Source of the DNA: Malacoraja senta
Taxonomy: Eukaryota
Assembly: GCA_038087875.1 (NCBI GenBank)
Contig: CM075988.1
Span: 5,332,001 to 5,396,000, forward strand
DNA: 64,000 bases
Reading direction: 5' to 3'
The position numbers and the translations under genes are program-made. Shown here one piece after another: positions 1 through 12,867 of the stretch; the stretch's first letter is position 1; each line of letters begins with the position of its first letter. The notes under the pieces were generated by a model. The model was not told where the DNA came from. It worked only from the letters and a program-made list of their open reading frames with translations, and made no database searches.

Positions 1-19
1 TTTTTTTCACACAGTCCCA

Positions 20-470
20 TCAGCCCATCGTCTACTCTGCCATTCAATCATGGCTGATCTATCTTTTCCTCTTAACACCATTCTCCTGCCTTCTCCCCAT
101 AACCCTTGACATCAAGAATCTATTTATCTCTGCCTAAAAAATATCCATTGACTTAACCTCCCAAGGCCATTCACCACCCTCTGACTAAATAAATTCCTCC
201 TCATCTCCTTCCTAAAGGAACTTCATTTAATTCTGAGGCTATGACCTCTGGTCCTAGACTCTCCCACACGTGGAAACATCTTCTCCACATCCATTCTATC
301 CATGCTTTCACTATTCGGTAATTTTCGATGAGGTGTCCCCTCATCCTTCTAAACTCCAGCAAGTACAGGCCCAGTGCCGTCAAACGCTCATCATATCCTG
401 GGATCAATCTCGTAAACCTCCTTTGGACCCTCTCCAGAGCCAGCACATCCTTCCTCAGATATAGACTTCC
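20..470 (-). mobile_element. CR1-clade LINE 3' fragment
   Basis: Minus-strand translation LALERVQRRFTRLIPG..LGLYLLEFRRMRGHLIE matches the CR1 ORF2 C-terminus, followed by a CR1-type 3' UTR. Confidence 0.85.
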
Positions 471-1864
471 TTCTTCAGATATTCTTGCAATCTTGGATGG
501 AGCTGTCCCCAAACCATGTCTAGAGAAGGGTTAAAACATTGTCCATTCCGTCCTTAGATGACGCCAACCCGCTGAGTTCCTCCAGCACTTTGTGTCTTCT
601 TTCGTAATCCAGCACCTGCAATTCCTTATGTCCACAGGAAGAGAGCCCAGTTCTGATGAATGGACTTCATTAACAAAGTTTCTCTCCCAGCAGAGGCTAC
701 CTGATCTGTTGTGTATTTCCAGCATTTTCTGTTATTGTTTTAGATTTGTAACATTTGTTTTGTTAATGTTTCAATGATTTTTTCCATTTCTTAAAACATT
801 AACTGTGTTTCTCAATCCACAATATCCCCTGACCTGCCTCTATAGAATACAGTGCCTCCTGAGTGATGAAATTATTGTGTTAATGGTTTAAAATGTTTCA
901 GCATAAAATAATCCAATTGTCCAAAGCTCTCTCTCGCTCTCTCTCTGTCTCTCTCTTGTACACCCTGCAATGCATTGCCTATTGAAGCATATTGATAACT
1001 ATGTTTTCTACATAAAATGACTCCATTAAATACCTTCAATTCAATTCAATTCCTTTATTGTCATCTTGCAAGCAACAGTTGTGCAGTGCAAAACGAAAAG
1101 ACGTTTCCCAGAGCATCGCACATGATAATAACAACACTAAAACAATCCAGTCCCTGATGGAACAGTATAAGTTAAAATAGATACAAACAAAGTTAAAGTA
1201 CAGTAAGACCAATCATAAACATGTCCGGGTTGGCTGATTTGAGTGGCCAGTGCCAGTTATTGAAGTGGCCAGTGCCAGTTATTATAGTGTCCGTGCTGAT
1301 ATTCATCATTTTTACTCCTACAGACACCTCCTGAGAAATAATTACCGAGGGTTTAAGAATTTATCAATACTTTCAGCAATCCTTTCTCAACATTAAAGCC
1401 ACAGTGTGTAACATTCAGATCTCTGTCCTGCTGAACAGGCACATCATCAGCAATGCGTGCACTTGGCTAATTGCGAGATGGAAATTCCACACAACAACCA
1501 GCAAAGTAATTCTGTGAGTTATTTACTCTGCTGAAGTTTGCTCTGCCTGTTAAGTGAGAGCTTACAGTTCATTAATGATGTTGGGATGACTTCCCTGTTT
1601 GTTCACTCTGTGAAGGTTGGACAGGCTGAAGAATCTTCGTGAAGGGAGGGGATAGCGAGTGGGCTGGTGTTTACATGCCTCGGTGTTTAAAGGATCGCAG
1701 GATGAAAGGGAGAATAAATAGTTTTGCCGTCTTTGAAAGATTGAGTTTTTTCCCCAGTGTGGAAACGTCACAGAACGAATAGATGAAGATGCACGGGGCA
1801 AGGGTTTTTACACACAGAGAGGCGGGTGCCTGGGAAGCGGTGGTGGGGGCAAAATGATGGTGGC

Positions 1865-2055
1865 ATTTAGTTTTAGGTTAGTTGTGTTTAGAGATACAGC
1901 ACAGAAAAACAGGCCCTACGGCCTACCTAGTCCGTACTGACCAGCGTCCACTATCCTAGGGCCAATTTACATTTATACCAAGCCAATTAGCCTACAAACC
2001 TGTACGTCTTTGGAGCGTGGAAGGAAACTTTCCCACAGAAAACCCAGAGGCATTT
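1865..2055 (-). mobile_element. HE1-like V-SINE, 3' part
   Basis: tttagagatacagc..caggccc tail and aattagcctacaaacctgtacgtctttggag core shared with the other SINE copies. Confidence 0.8.
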
Positions 2056-2127
2056 AACCAGAAATAATATGGATATGCAGGGAATGGAAGTATATGGATC
2101 ACGTGCATGTCGATGAGACACTGACTC

Positions 2128-2338
2128 TCTCTCCCCCTCTTCCCCTCTTCCCCTCTTCCCCTCTTCCCCTCTTCCCCTCTTCCCCTCTTCCCCTCTTCCC
2201 CTCTTCCCCTCTTTCCCTCTTCCCCTCTTCCCCTCTTCCCCTCTTCCCCTCTTCCCCTCTTCCCCTCTTCCCCTCTTCCCCTCTCCCCCTCTTCCCCCTC
2301 TTCCCCCTCTTCCCCCTCTTCCCCCTCTTCCCCCTCTT

Positions 2339-2425
<87 letters not shown>
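2128..2425. repeat. Compound pyrimidine microsatellite (CTTCCCCT)n then (CT)n
   Basis: Direct inspection. Confidence 0.97.
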
Positions 2426-2428
<3 letters not shown>

Positions 2429-2992
2429 TTTCTTTCCCTCCCTCCCTCTGGCTTTTCTGTGGGTGGCAGAGATCGGAGTGCACCTTCAGGAAGGTGTGCA
2501 GTCACACAGGCCACAATGCAACCAGTCAGGACACGTCAGAAGACAGAAGTCAGAAGACTTCAGCATCTGCATTTTTGGTTTATGTTTGATCTCTGTGGGA
2601 AAATGCAAGATGGGATTTTTAGCTCTAATGTACCAGTTGTTCCAAACATCTAAGGTCAGGCACATAATGTAGTCTTGTTGTTGGCGCTGGGTAGTTAATG
2701 ACGCATGTTGGATAATGTTCCAAGCTGTAAGAGCATTTTAAGACAAGGGGAGGGAGGAAGAAAACTGGGGGAAAATGCATGCAACCATTGAAATATCTAG
2801 AGTCAATGTTAGCAATATCACAGATTCTGTGTTCACTCTGCCCTTGATGGAGTCAGTCTTAACTCCTCCTGATGGAGTCAGCACTAACTTTGTTAGTCTT
2901 GCAGTTCTAGTGGCGAACTGATGGTAAAGTCAGAATCTCAGAATGCCCGAAGCCCGTATTTCATTTCAACATCATGTTGGATAAATTACTTG

Positions 2993-3850
2993 TGCAGGAA
3001 GGAACCACAGATGCTTGTTTAAACCAAAAGTAGACACAAAAAGCTGGAGTTACTCAGCGGGTCAGGCAGCATCTCTGGAGAAAAAGAATAGGTGACGTTT
3101 CGGGTCGAGACCCTTCTTCAGGCTGAGAGTCAGGGGAAAGGGAAACGAGAGATATAGACGGTGAAATGGAGAGATATAGAAATAATGAACGAAAGATATG
3201 AAAAAAAGTAATGATGATAAAGGAAAAAGGCCATTGTTAGCTGTGGGCTAGGTGAAAATGAGTTACAGACAATGAGACTCAACAAAATGACTTTGAAGCT
3301 GGTGCGACTTGGGTGGGAGAAGGATGGAGAGAGGGGGGATGCAAGGGTTACTTGAAGTTAGAGAAATCAATGGTGGACAAAAATGCTGGAGAAACTCAGC
3401 GGGTGAGGCAGCATCTATGGAGTGAAGGAAATAGGCAACGTTCATACAGTTGCGTTGTAAGCTGCCCAATGCTTAGCAATACGAATATATCTCGAATGAA
3501 GTTTTTTATTTTAATAAATTTTTCCATTCTTCTTTAACCATCTTTTTTTTTTTTTTTTTTTTTTTTTCTCTTTTTCTTCTCACTCTTTTCTTTCTTTACT
3601 TCATCTATCTTTTTAGTTCTATCTAGTTTAAAAAAAAAAAAGGCAAAAGGTATTGGAGACAATGTAATAATAATTGATAATATTATCAATTTAAAAATGT
3701 AAGACTGTAATGATGTTAATAGGTTGTGTACTTTTCTCCAATAAAAAATATTTTCAAAAAAAAAAAAATAATAAAATGCTTAGCGACCGGGAGATCAGAT
3801 AGTTTCAGGCAGACTGAGTGAAGGTGTTCAGCGAAACGATCGCCCAGTCA
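2993..3850 (-). mobile_element. Composite Penelope-like element (PLE) terminal fragments
   Basis: gctggagttactcagcgggtcaggcagcatctctggag..gacgtttcgggtcgagacccttcttcag end motif; 3' part resembles the GIY-YIG region of the 45440-46510 PLE. Confidence 0.75.
3478..3774 (+). mobile_element. 5'-truncated poly(A)-tailed retroposed insertion (L1/Tx1-like 3' end)
   Basis: AATAAA followed by an A-rich tail; 10-bp TSD aatgcttagc at 3468-3477 and 3775-3784. Confidence 0.7.
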
Positions 3851-4134
3851 CTTGTTCCTCATCAACCCCCTTCACCTGTATCCACTTGCCAGGCTTTGTC
3901 ATTTCCCCAACTCTTGTCCAGCCTTCTCCCTCCATTGCTATTAGTCTGAAGGAGAGTCCTGACCCAAAATGTCACCTATCCATGTTCTCCAGAGATGCTG
4001 CCTGACCCGCTGAATTACTCCAGCACTTGGTGTTTTTTGATCGAAATAACAGCATCTGCTCTCCATTGTGTCTTTTTGTATAGGCTATGCCTTCCTTCCA
4101 CAGAATGATGGATAAACTCACCAGAGTTTGCTTT

Positions 4135-4425
4135 TAGATTCAGAGATACAGCATGGGAACAGGCCCTTCAGCACTTCAAGTCCACATCGATCACCCATCA
4201 CCCGTTCACACTAGTTCAATTTTATTCCACTTTGACGTCCACTCCCAGTAGATGGGGGGAATTTTACAGAGGGCCAATTAACCTACAAACCCCACACATC
4301 TTTGGTATGTGGGAGGAAACCAGAGCACCTGGAGAAAACCTACACGGTCACGGGGAGAAGTGCAGACGCCACACAGGCAGAGCCCAAGATGGAAATCGAG
4401 CCCGAGTCTGTGGCGCTGTAAGGCC
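4135..4425 (-). mobile_element. HE1-like V-SINE
   Basis: SINE tail, core and part of the tRNA-like head (ggcgctgtaaggc). Confidence 0.8.
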
Positions 4426-4817
4426 CTATCTGGTTCTTTGTTATGGACTGACTGCAAGATATGGAGAGTACAATCAGCAATAGTTATGGAACGGGGTATA
4501 ACATTTATGAAAGAAAAACATAAATTCTAACTTGGCTGTTGGTTTCAGATTGATTAGTAAACACTTATAAATGCAGCTGTTCTACATATTTTACAATTTG
4601 TTGATTGTCAATTTGAGCCCTGAAGGTTTCTTATTGCTTAACCTTCAATGAAGCATCTGTTATTTTGACAGAATATGAATATTTTCACCTCATTCATGTC
4701 ACCAGCAGATGTTTTTTTGTAAGTTTAATATGTTACCTCATTTTAAAACAGGGAAGAACAAAGATAATTCCTGGGACCAAACTTGGAACGTAGAAAATAG
4801 ATCACCACACAATATCT

Positions 4818-5112
4818 AGTTTAGAGATACAGCATGGAAACCGGCCCTTCGGCCCACCGAGTCCGCGCCGACCAGTGATCACCCGGTCACACTAGCTCTA
4901 TGCCGCACACTAGAGACAATTTACAGAAGCCAATTAACTGACAAACCTGCACGTCTTTGGAATGTGGGAGTAAACTGGAGCACCCGGAGATATGCTCAGG
5001 GTGGTCACGGGGAGAACGTACAAACTCCGCAAAGATAGCACCCGTAGTTGGGATCAAACCCAGGTCTCTGGCGCTGTAAGGCAGCAACTCTCCAGCTGCA
5101 CCACCATGCCAC
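4818..5112 (-). mobile_element. HE1-like V-SINE, near full length
   Basis: tRNA-like head, V-domain core, gggccgaagggccggtttcc tail. Confidence 0.85.
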
Positions 5113-5126
5113 CCCACTGTGCCGGC

Positions 5127-5240
5127 TGTGTGTGAGTGTGTGTATGTGTGTGTGTGTTTTGTGAGTTTGTGTGAGTGTGTGTATGTATGTGTGTGTGTGA
5201 GCGTGTGCATGTGTGTGTGTGCATGTGTGTGTGTGCATGT

Positions 5241-5282
<42 letters not shown>

Positions 5283-5443
5283 TTGTTTTGTGTGCGTATG
5301 TGTGTGTGTGTGTATATGTGTATGTGTATGTGTGTGTATGTAGGTGTGTGCGTGTGTGTGTATGTTTGTGTGCATGTGTGTGTGTCTGTGTGTGCGTGTG
5401 TGTGCTTGTGTGTGCGTGTGTGTGTGTAGGTGTGTGCGTGTGT

Positions 5444-5522
<79 letters not shown>

Positions 5523-5545
5523 TGTGTGTGTCTGTGTGTGTCTGT
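5127..5545. repeat. Long degenerate (GT)n microsatellite
   Basis: Direct inspection. Confidence 0.97.
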
Positions 5546-5639
5546 CTTTTTTTCCCCTTTTCAACAAGGACTATATGCAGTCATTACATTTTACAGGGTA
5601 CCAGAAGGTACAAGTACTTTCAATAGTCACATTACATCA

Positions 5640-7720
5640 GGCAATCATTATAATACAACAGTGCCATCTTTATGTACAATATGCCCGACCCCCCGCGGTG
5701 ACCAGCGTTCACGGAAGGTCTCCAGACTCCCAGTGGACACTGCATGTTCCCCCTCCAGGGACATAGGCCCGGAAGAGGGGCAGGCAGCCGACTCTGGCGT
5801 GCCCAAAGACTACGCGCTGCCTGGACCCGTGGATGGCCATCTTGGCCAGGCCCAAGAGCAAACCGACAGGGATATCCCACCCTCCCGATCGACCCTCGTC
5901 ACTCCCTGCCTTGTGCCCAAATACCAAAATCGTGGGAATAAAATGCAACCAATACTTGAGGAGCAGCCCTTTCAGATACTCGTACAGGGGCTGCACCCTC
6001 TCACACATGGAACACAGTCTCTTCCTCGCCGCAGAAGTTACAGGCGGCTGGCGAGTCCGTAAACCGACTCAAATATTTATTACACACCACCGCTCTGTAC
6101 AACACTCTCCACCCCAGGTCCCCGATGTAAAGGGGGAAGACTCCCTTATGGAGAGACCTCCACCTGGGACCACTCCCGCCGTCAGGTGGTAACATAGTCC
6201 GCCAGTGCGAGTCCGGACAGAAGACGAGGGTGAGGAAGTGGAGAGTGTGCAGGAGCAGCCTGTACAGTGAACATCTCTCTGCGTCATGGAACAGCACACT
6301 GCGCATCTCGGAAAGGCGGCTCATGTCGTGCAGGGCCGGATCCCGGAAAAGAGCAATTTCGACGGAGCGGTGGTAAGCTTGGTCGGAATCATTCCGCCTG
6401 CATGCCTCTCCTCGACACCCACCGCGGCAGGGTGAAGACCGGCCACCCTCGCAGTTACAACACCCCCCTCCCCCTGAGGTGCAGCCCGCTGGCTGAAGGT
6501 GACCAGATTCCTAAAAGGCCTGTCTCACGAGTCTGCGGTCATTGGCGGCGAAACGGGAAGAATCTGCCGCCATAGACCGCGCACTCGTGAGAACGTACAA
6601 TTCCGGGGCCGTGCGGTGGTGTTCCCAACACCGCACGGTGCTAAAATAAAACCGACAATGTTGAAAACTATATACTCACCGCACAACCTCCACCAGTGAT
6701 GCACGAGTGCGGCACGGCCGCCCGCATGGGCCGCCGCCACTGTGGCTCGAGCGCCGTGCGTCAAACCTCCACTGCCACAGCCTCCGCCAGTGAGGCACGT
6801 GCCTCCGCCAGTGAGGCACGTGTGCGGCATGGCCGCAGGCACAGCCGCCGCCACAGCCGCCGCTCGTGAGTCACGTGCGGCGGGCCGACGTCATCGCAGT
6901 CGGCCCGCCCTTTTTTTTACTTACCGCAAGCACGTGGGACCCGCCGTGTTTGAATTACTCGGCCCCCGCGCAGCATCCGTGCGGCGCTCCGGTGGATAGT
7001 CTCGGCGCTCTCGCCGTTGCCGTGCGGTCCCCGCTACCGGCGACGCCACGCTTCACCGCCGATGACCGCAAACAGGTAAGACAGAGCCTTAACTCTGAAG
7101 ATATCAGGGTAAAAGCTGGGCAGATCGCGTGTGGTGAGTCAACTGATGCCCGTCACCGGGAGCTGCGAACCCCCCTCTAGGCAACGGCCCTGGCGGAAAA
7201 ACGACATGGCCAGAGCGTGCCATCTAGGAGGGAGCTCCGCATACAACTACCTTCGCAGGGTCCTGAGACGGAGAGCCGCCACCTGGGTACGCACCCATAC
7301 CAAGGACTGGTCGCTCTCCTCTAACGGGAGACTCAGGACGGCTACGGAAACCCAGCGCTTCCTCTCTCCCAATAAGAAACTCACTAACCTCTTCCTATAT
7401 CGTGGTTACAAAGATAGAGGGCGGGACAAGAGTGGCCAGCAGGTACAATAACATGAAGGCCACCGACTGGTTTATGACCAGCACTCTACCTTGAAAGGAA
7501 AGAACATTGAGCAAGCCTGACCAGCGTCCCAGCCGGGTGACAACTTTCGTCTCCTGCTCCTGCCAGTTCGCCGGCCAAGCATCCTCATTGGGACTCAGGT
7601 AGAGGAGATGCATGGTGCTCCACGCTTAAGGTGTCAACTCCTCTGGCAGGGAGTCCACCTGCCACTGACCCACTAAAAGTATGGAACACTTAATCCAGTT
7701 GATCCTGGTACAATCATACA
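5640..7720 (-). pseudogene. Tx1-clade non-LTR retrotransposon ORF2 3' fragment, frameshifted and interrupted by a MITE
   Basis: RLGRWSGLLNVLSFQGRVLVINQ; DLGWRVL..CNFCGEEETVFHV..CERVQPL..LLGLAKMAI, the L1/Tx1 C-terminal zinc-binding region. Confidence 0.85.
6515..7089. mobile_element. Harbinger-like MITE
   Basis: ~38-bp imperfect TIRs, TAA duplicated at 6512-6514 and 7090-7092; removing it rejoins the Tx1 sequence. Confidence 0.7.
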
Positions 7721-7919
7721 ACAGTACACTGCATTATTTATGACCACCAATGTTATTTATTTTTTGAAGAGTCAACAGGATTATGTGCGTTGATCTGTAT
7801 CTCACAGATTCAGAGGCAGGAACTTGTACTGAGTCACACCTGATACCTACATCTACTACTTGATGACCACCAATACAACTGTAATAGGAAGAAGATATCT
7901 ACAATGCAGTTGCAATAAG

Positions 7920-8953
7920 TAGCAATGTTACAAAATTTTGAGATTTTAAAAATAAAGTCTGCAATTTATCCCATCAGATAAAGCATAAAAAGAAGTTTAA
8001 TTTGACACCTAATTCACTTTTATATCTTCAGTATTAAAAAAGTTATGGCCATTTTCATACTCGGAAATTAGCATCTTGTTCCCTATTGCTTTCCATTGAC
8101 TTAACACAAAAGCTGTGATCGAGGACAGTTAAAAGCCCATAACTTTCTTAAAAATTAAGAGAACTGAAAGAAATTTTCAGTTATTATAGATTGAAGCATT
8201 CTGAAACAAATATGAAACAATCTTACTTAGAAGACATGAAATTAAAGCATATAATTAGTTAGTTACCTAATTGTAGCTAATTACAAAATTCAATTACTAG
8301 ATCTAAACATCTATCAATTTCTTAAGAATAGATTAACATTTTTAAATAGCCTAAGTTTCCAAATAACATTCACACAAGAATTCACAATATAACATAATTT
8401 TTAAATCTCATTGTCATGAATTTACAGGCCAAATGGAAGGAATTGAATGTTTAATACCTGTAAATTAATGGGCATTTAAATCATCTTGTGAGTGAGGATT
8501 TCTGGAACGCGATCAATTGGAACGTTCATTTGCGGTGAATATTGGCATGAAAAATTCTGCCGTTAGTTCGGGGAATAAAATCACCGTTTCGCAAGAAAAA
8601 ATGTGAATTAAAGGCTTCTTAAGAAGCACTTTTATACATTAAAATAAACCACTTTCGTTTACCTGTCCCGTACGTGAAACCTGTCCCCGTTATCGGCGTT
8701 GACGGCTTTAGGAGCTGATTTTAAAATGACTCCAGCGTTGACATTGACGATTTAATAAAAATTAAAAATTCACAAAACGCCCCTAGGAACGATTTTTCAG
8801 CAAACGCTTGTACTCCAACGAAATATAATACAGGACAAGGTAGGAGAAACCCACGTTTTAAGCCCGCCCCCCCCCCTTAAAGGCGCCAAAATCGCGCACA
8901 CGGCCAGTGACAGAATTACAGCGCGACTGAAGGTAAGTATCGTAACATACCTA
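7920..8953. mobile_element. Non-autonomous DNA transposon with TAG..CTA ends and 7-bp TSD
   Basis: Imperfect TIRs tagcaatgttac and gtaacataccta; caataag at 7913-7919 and 8954-8960. Confidence 0.65.
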
Positions 8954-8986
8954 CAATAAGGTAAATCATTTGGTCGGCTGCGGAAG

Positions 8987-9252
8987 GTTTAGTTTAGTTT
9001 AGTTTAGTTTAGATATACAGTGCGGAAACAGGCCCTTCGGCCCACCGAGTCCGGACCAACTAGCAATCCGCGCACATTAACACTATCCTACACACACTTG
9101 GGACAATTTACTGAAGATTTTGGAAAAAACCCACTCAGGTCACGGAAAGAACGTGCAAACTCCGTACAGACAGCACCCGTAGTCGGGATGGAACCCGGGT
9201 CTCCGGCGCTGCAAGCGTTACAAGGCAGCAACTCTGCTGTTGTGCCACCGTG
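8987..9252 (-). mobile_element. HE1-like V-SINE
   Basis: (TTTAG)n tail, core and tRNA-like head. Confidence 0.85.
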
Positions 9253-9419
9253 GTGCCCAGGCGTTGGTGGAGCAGGCCACTGGGAGGCCCTGCAGCATCT
9301 GGGGGATGCCCCACAGAGGCCGGGCGAGCGCTTGACCCAGACGTGGCTTACAACGGAACGGAGCGGTGGAGCGGCGGTGGAGGACACCGACGCCATTGCC
9401 AGGCCGGCCCCAAACATAA

Positions 9420-10155
9420 CGCTGGAAAGAGCACTGGTTAGATGGAAAGAGTGCAGATACATTTTACGAGGATTTGCCAGGACTGAGCAATAGGAATAAT
9501 TGAGCAGGCAAGAACTTTATTCCTTTGAGCAAACAAGAATGAGGGGTGATCTTATATAGAGGTGTCCAAGATCATGAAGGGAAATCTAGATTGGCTAAAT
9601 GCAATCTGAGTCTTTTTCCCAGAGTAGGGGAATTAAGAACTGGAGGACATAGATTTAAGGTGAGAGGGGAAAGAATTAATATAAGCCTGAGGGGCACTCA
9701 GAGCGTAGTGGGTATGTGGAACGAGCTTCCAAACGAGGTACTTGAAACGGGTATTATAGCACATTTAAAAGACATTTGGACAGGAGCATGGATAGGAAAG
9801 ATTTAGAGGGTTATAGGCCAAACATGGACAAATGGGACTGGTGTAGATGGGGTCTTTCCTCTAGGGAACATAGGTTTAAGATGATAGGGGAAATATTGAA
9901 TAGGAAGCTTTTCTCACAATGTTTTCATACAAATGCTGGTGAGTATATAGAACAAGTGGCCAGAGGAGGAAGTTAAGGCAAGTGCTGTAACAATATTTGA
10001 AAGACATTTGTACAGATTCATGGATAGGAAATGTTTAGAGGGTTTTGGGCCAAATGCAGGCAGGTGGGATGAGTATAGATGAGGCCTCTTGGTCGGCATA
10101 GGCAAGTTGGGCCGAAGGGCCTATTTCCATGGACGCTGCATGATTCTATGACTCT
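9420..10155 (+). mobile_element. Tandem CR1 3' fragments
   Basis: LFPRVGELRTGGHRFKVRG..VVGMWNELP-like translation, gggccgaagggcct tail. Confidence 0.8.
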
Positions 10156-10509
10156 ACAATCAAGTGCTATCACCAGAACAACGCACCTTTATTAAGACTA
10201 CTATTTTTTAAGAACTTGTTAATTTTGAAACTTGAAAGATAAAAGATGTTGTGGGAATCGTGGCAATGCTTGTCTAAAGCTTCAGAGTTCTCTACTATTC
10301 TTACACTTTTGTATGACAGTGCCTACGTATAGTACTATTTTACTGGATTGTATGCCACAGAAGGCTGTGGAGGCCGTCGATAGATATTCTTAAGGCAGAG
10401 ATAGATAGATTCTTGATCAGTACGGGTGTCAGAGGTTATGGTGAGAAGGCAGGTGAATGGTGTTAGAAGGGACAGATAGATCAGCCATGATTGAATGGCG
10501 GAGTAGACT

Positions 10510-10830
10510 TTTAGTTTAATTTAGTTTAGTTTAGTTTTGTTTAGAGATACAGCGCAAAAAACAGGCCCTTCGGCCCACCGAGTCCGCACCAACCAGCGAT
10601 CCCCGCACACTAACACTATCCTACACACTAGTGACAATTTGCCATTTTTTACCAAAGCCAATTTAACCTACAAACCTGTACGTCTTTGGAGTGTGGGATG
10701 AAACACCGGAGGGTGGGGGGGGGGAACCACGTGGTCACGGGGAGAACGTACAAACTCCGTAAAGACAGCACCCATAGTGAGGATCGAACCCGAGTCTCTG
10801 GCGCTGTGAGGCAGCAACTCTACCGCAGCT
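10510..10830 (-). mobile_element. HE1-like V-SINE
   Basis: Same consensus as the other copies. Confidence 0.85.
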
Positions 10831-11301
10831 TTATAAGCAATTAAGAATTTCACTGCACCTAGAAACATGAAGTACCATTGAACCAGTGAAACTATTAAAC
10901 AAGGTGCTCCACCTACAGAACCAACCAGAGTGACTTTGATGAGCCACGTGTAACATGAGCCAAAGCAGCTTGTCGTTGAGAATCATCCAAAGCAGAGCTG
11001 ATCACCAGAGTGAGTATCACCCAGTGTAGTCTAGAGTGCTGTAGAATCAGCGTCAGCCAGACTGCATTACTGCATTACCTCCAGAAAATAATAAATGGTC
11101 AGCCACCATCTTGTGGGTTGCGCAAGTTTAGTTAATTTACAGATACATTATGGAAACAGGCTGTTCGGCCCACCAAGACCGCGCTGACAAGTGATCACAC
11201 CGTACACTAGCACTATCCTACACACTGGGGACAATTTTACCAAAGCCAATTAATCTACAAACCTGCAAACCATATCAACCACTGATCACCCCCTTCACAT
11301 T

Positions 11302-11510
11302 AGACACAAAAAGCTGGAGTAACTCAGCGGGTCAGGCAGCCTCTCTGGTGAAAAGGAATAGGTGACATCTCGAGTCGAGACCCTTCTTCAGTCTTGACAT
11401 GAAACATCACCTATTCCTTTTCTCCAAAGATGCTGCCTGACCCGTTAAGTTACTCCAGCTTTTTGTCTCAATTTTGGGTTTAAACCAGCATCTGCAATTC
11501 CTTCCTACAC
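11302..11510. mobile_element. Fold-back mini-element built from two inverted PLE ends
   Basis: agacacaaaaagctggagtaactcagcgggtcaggcagc.. mirrored by ..gctgcctgacccgttaagttactccagctttttgtct. Confidence 0.7.
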
Positions 11511-11798
11511 AGATTCTTATTAGTTCTATATGATCCCACTTTTCATCCGCTCCCTACACACTAGGGTGAATGTTACAGAGGGTTAATTAACCTACAAACC
11601 CGCACGTCTTTGGGATGTGGAAGGAAACTGGAGCACCCAGAAGATACACACACTGTCACAGGGAGAACGTGCAAACTCCACACAGACAACAGCCAGGGTC
11701 AGGATCGAACTTAGTTCTCTGAAACTATGAGGCAGCAGCTCTACCAAGGGGCAATGATGTTCTTCAGTGCATTGGCCAGCTGCTTAAGGTGCAAGTAT

Positions 11799-12110
11799 GG
11801 CATGGCATGGTAGTGCAGCGGTAAATCTACTGCCTTACAGCGCTAGAGACCCGGGTTTGATCCCGACAATGGTTGCTGTCTGTACGGAGTTTGTACGTTC
11901 CCCCCGTGACCTGCGCAAGGTTTCCGCCAAGATCTTCGGTTTCCTTCCACATTCCAAAGACATACAGGTTTGTAGGTTAATTGGTTTAGTATAAATGTTG
12001 ATTTGTCCCTAGCGTGTGTAGGGCAGTGTTAATTTGCCGGGATCGCTGGTTGGTGCGGACTCCGTGGGCCGAAGGGCCTGCTTCCGCGCTGTATCTCTAA
12101 ACTAAACAAA
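11799..12110 (+). mobile_element. HE1-like V-SINE, full length
   Basis: tRNA-like head with A/B-box-like motifs, core, gggccgaagggcctg..tatctctaaactaaac tail. Confidence 0.9.
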
Positions 12111-12867
12111 ATCAAAGTACTGATCTGAGAAGCATCTAACAGTAGGGTGAACTATTTACATTTCCATTCACAGCATGTGTAACGTCTGCATTTATTAAGC
12201 ATTTTTAATTTGACCCCTGACTTCAGTAGATGCTGTTCCCAGTGTGCAGTTAAGAGCCAAGCTCGCTGACAGATCTCAAGTCACACACAGCTTAGACCAA
12301 GAACAAAAGCCAGGCTCACTTCCCCGAAGGAAGCTGGAGAAACTATTTGGCTTGCTTCGAACTTATTGGGTTTTACAAAAATCCAACAGCTTCAAACTCA
12401 CTATTACTGGTATTAGCTTTCCTTTCAGGACTTATTTAATTGCTTGCATGTAAATTCCACAACTACTGTGGTGGGATTTGAACTGAATGGCTCTTGATCA
12501 ATCCACCAAGCTTCAGGATATTGGACTAAAAATTGTATCAGGGCAACTATTTTCCCACACCAAAGCTGTCAACCATTAAATTGAATTAATTGTCTATTAT
12601 TTATGGATGGGCTAGCAGTGTGCTGACTATGTAGATTCTAGGTTCCAGCGAGTCACGAGAAGTGATTGGACACAGATGGCGCCGAAGTTCAGTCTTCAAG
12701 AAAATTAATTGATCACGGTTGCTGGGTCAAGCTAATGCAGTACTTGGCAAGACTGGTGCTGTTTGATCCCAAGTGAAATCATGTTTGCGATTTTGCTGGA
12801 AATGCGTAGGCAGAGGAACGTTATATTGTAGAAAAGAAAACACAAAAAAGGGAGGAGTATTCGAAGT

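Noticed and set aside
2608..2660. Possible host first coding exon (MGFLALMYQLFQTSK then GT)
   Set aside because: Short, weak donor, no recognisable homology or downstream exons
1987..2672. ORFs of 163-192 aa rich in ER, GR or SL repeats
   Set aside because: Translations of microsatellites
4887..6062. Multiple VC- and HT-repeat ORFs
   Set aside because: Translations of the (GT)n tract
11799..11880. tRNA genes
   Set aside because: The tRNA-like heads all continue into SINE core and tail sequence
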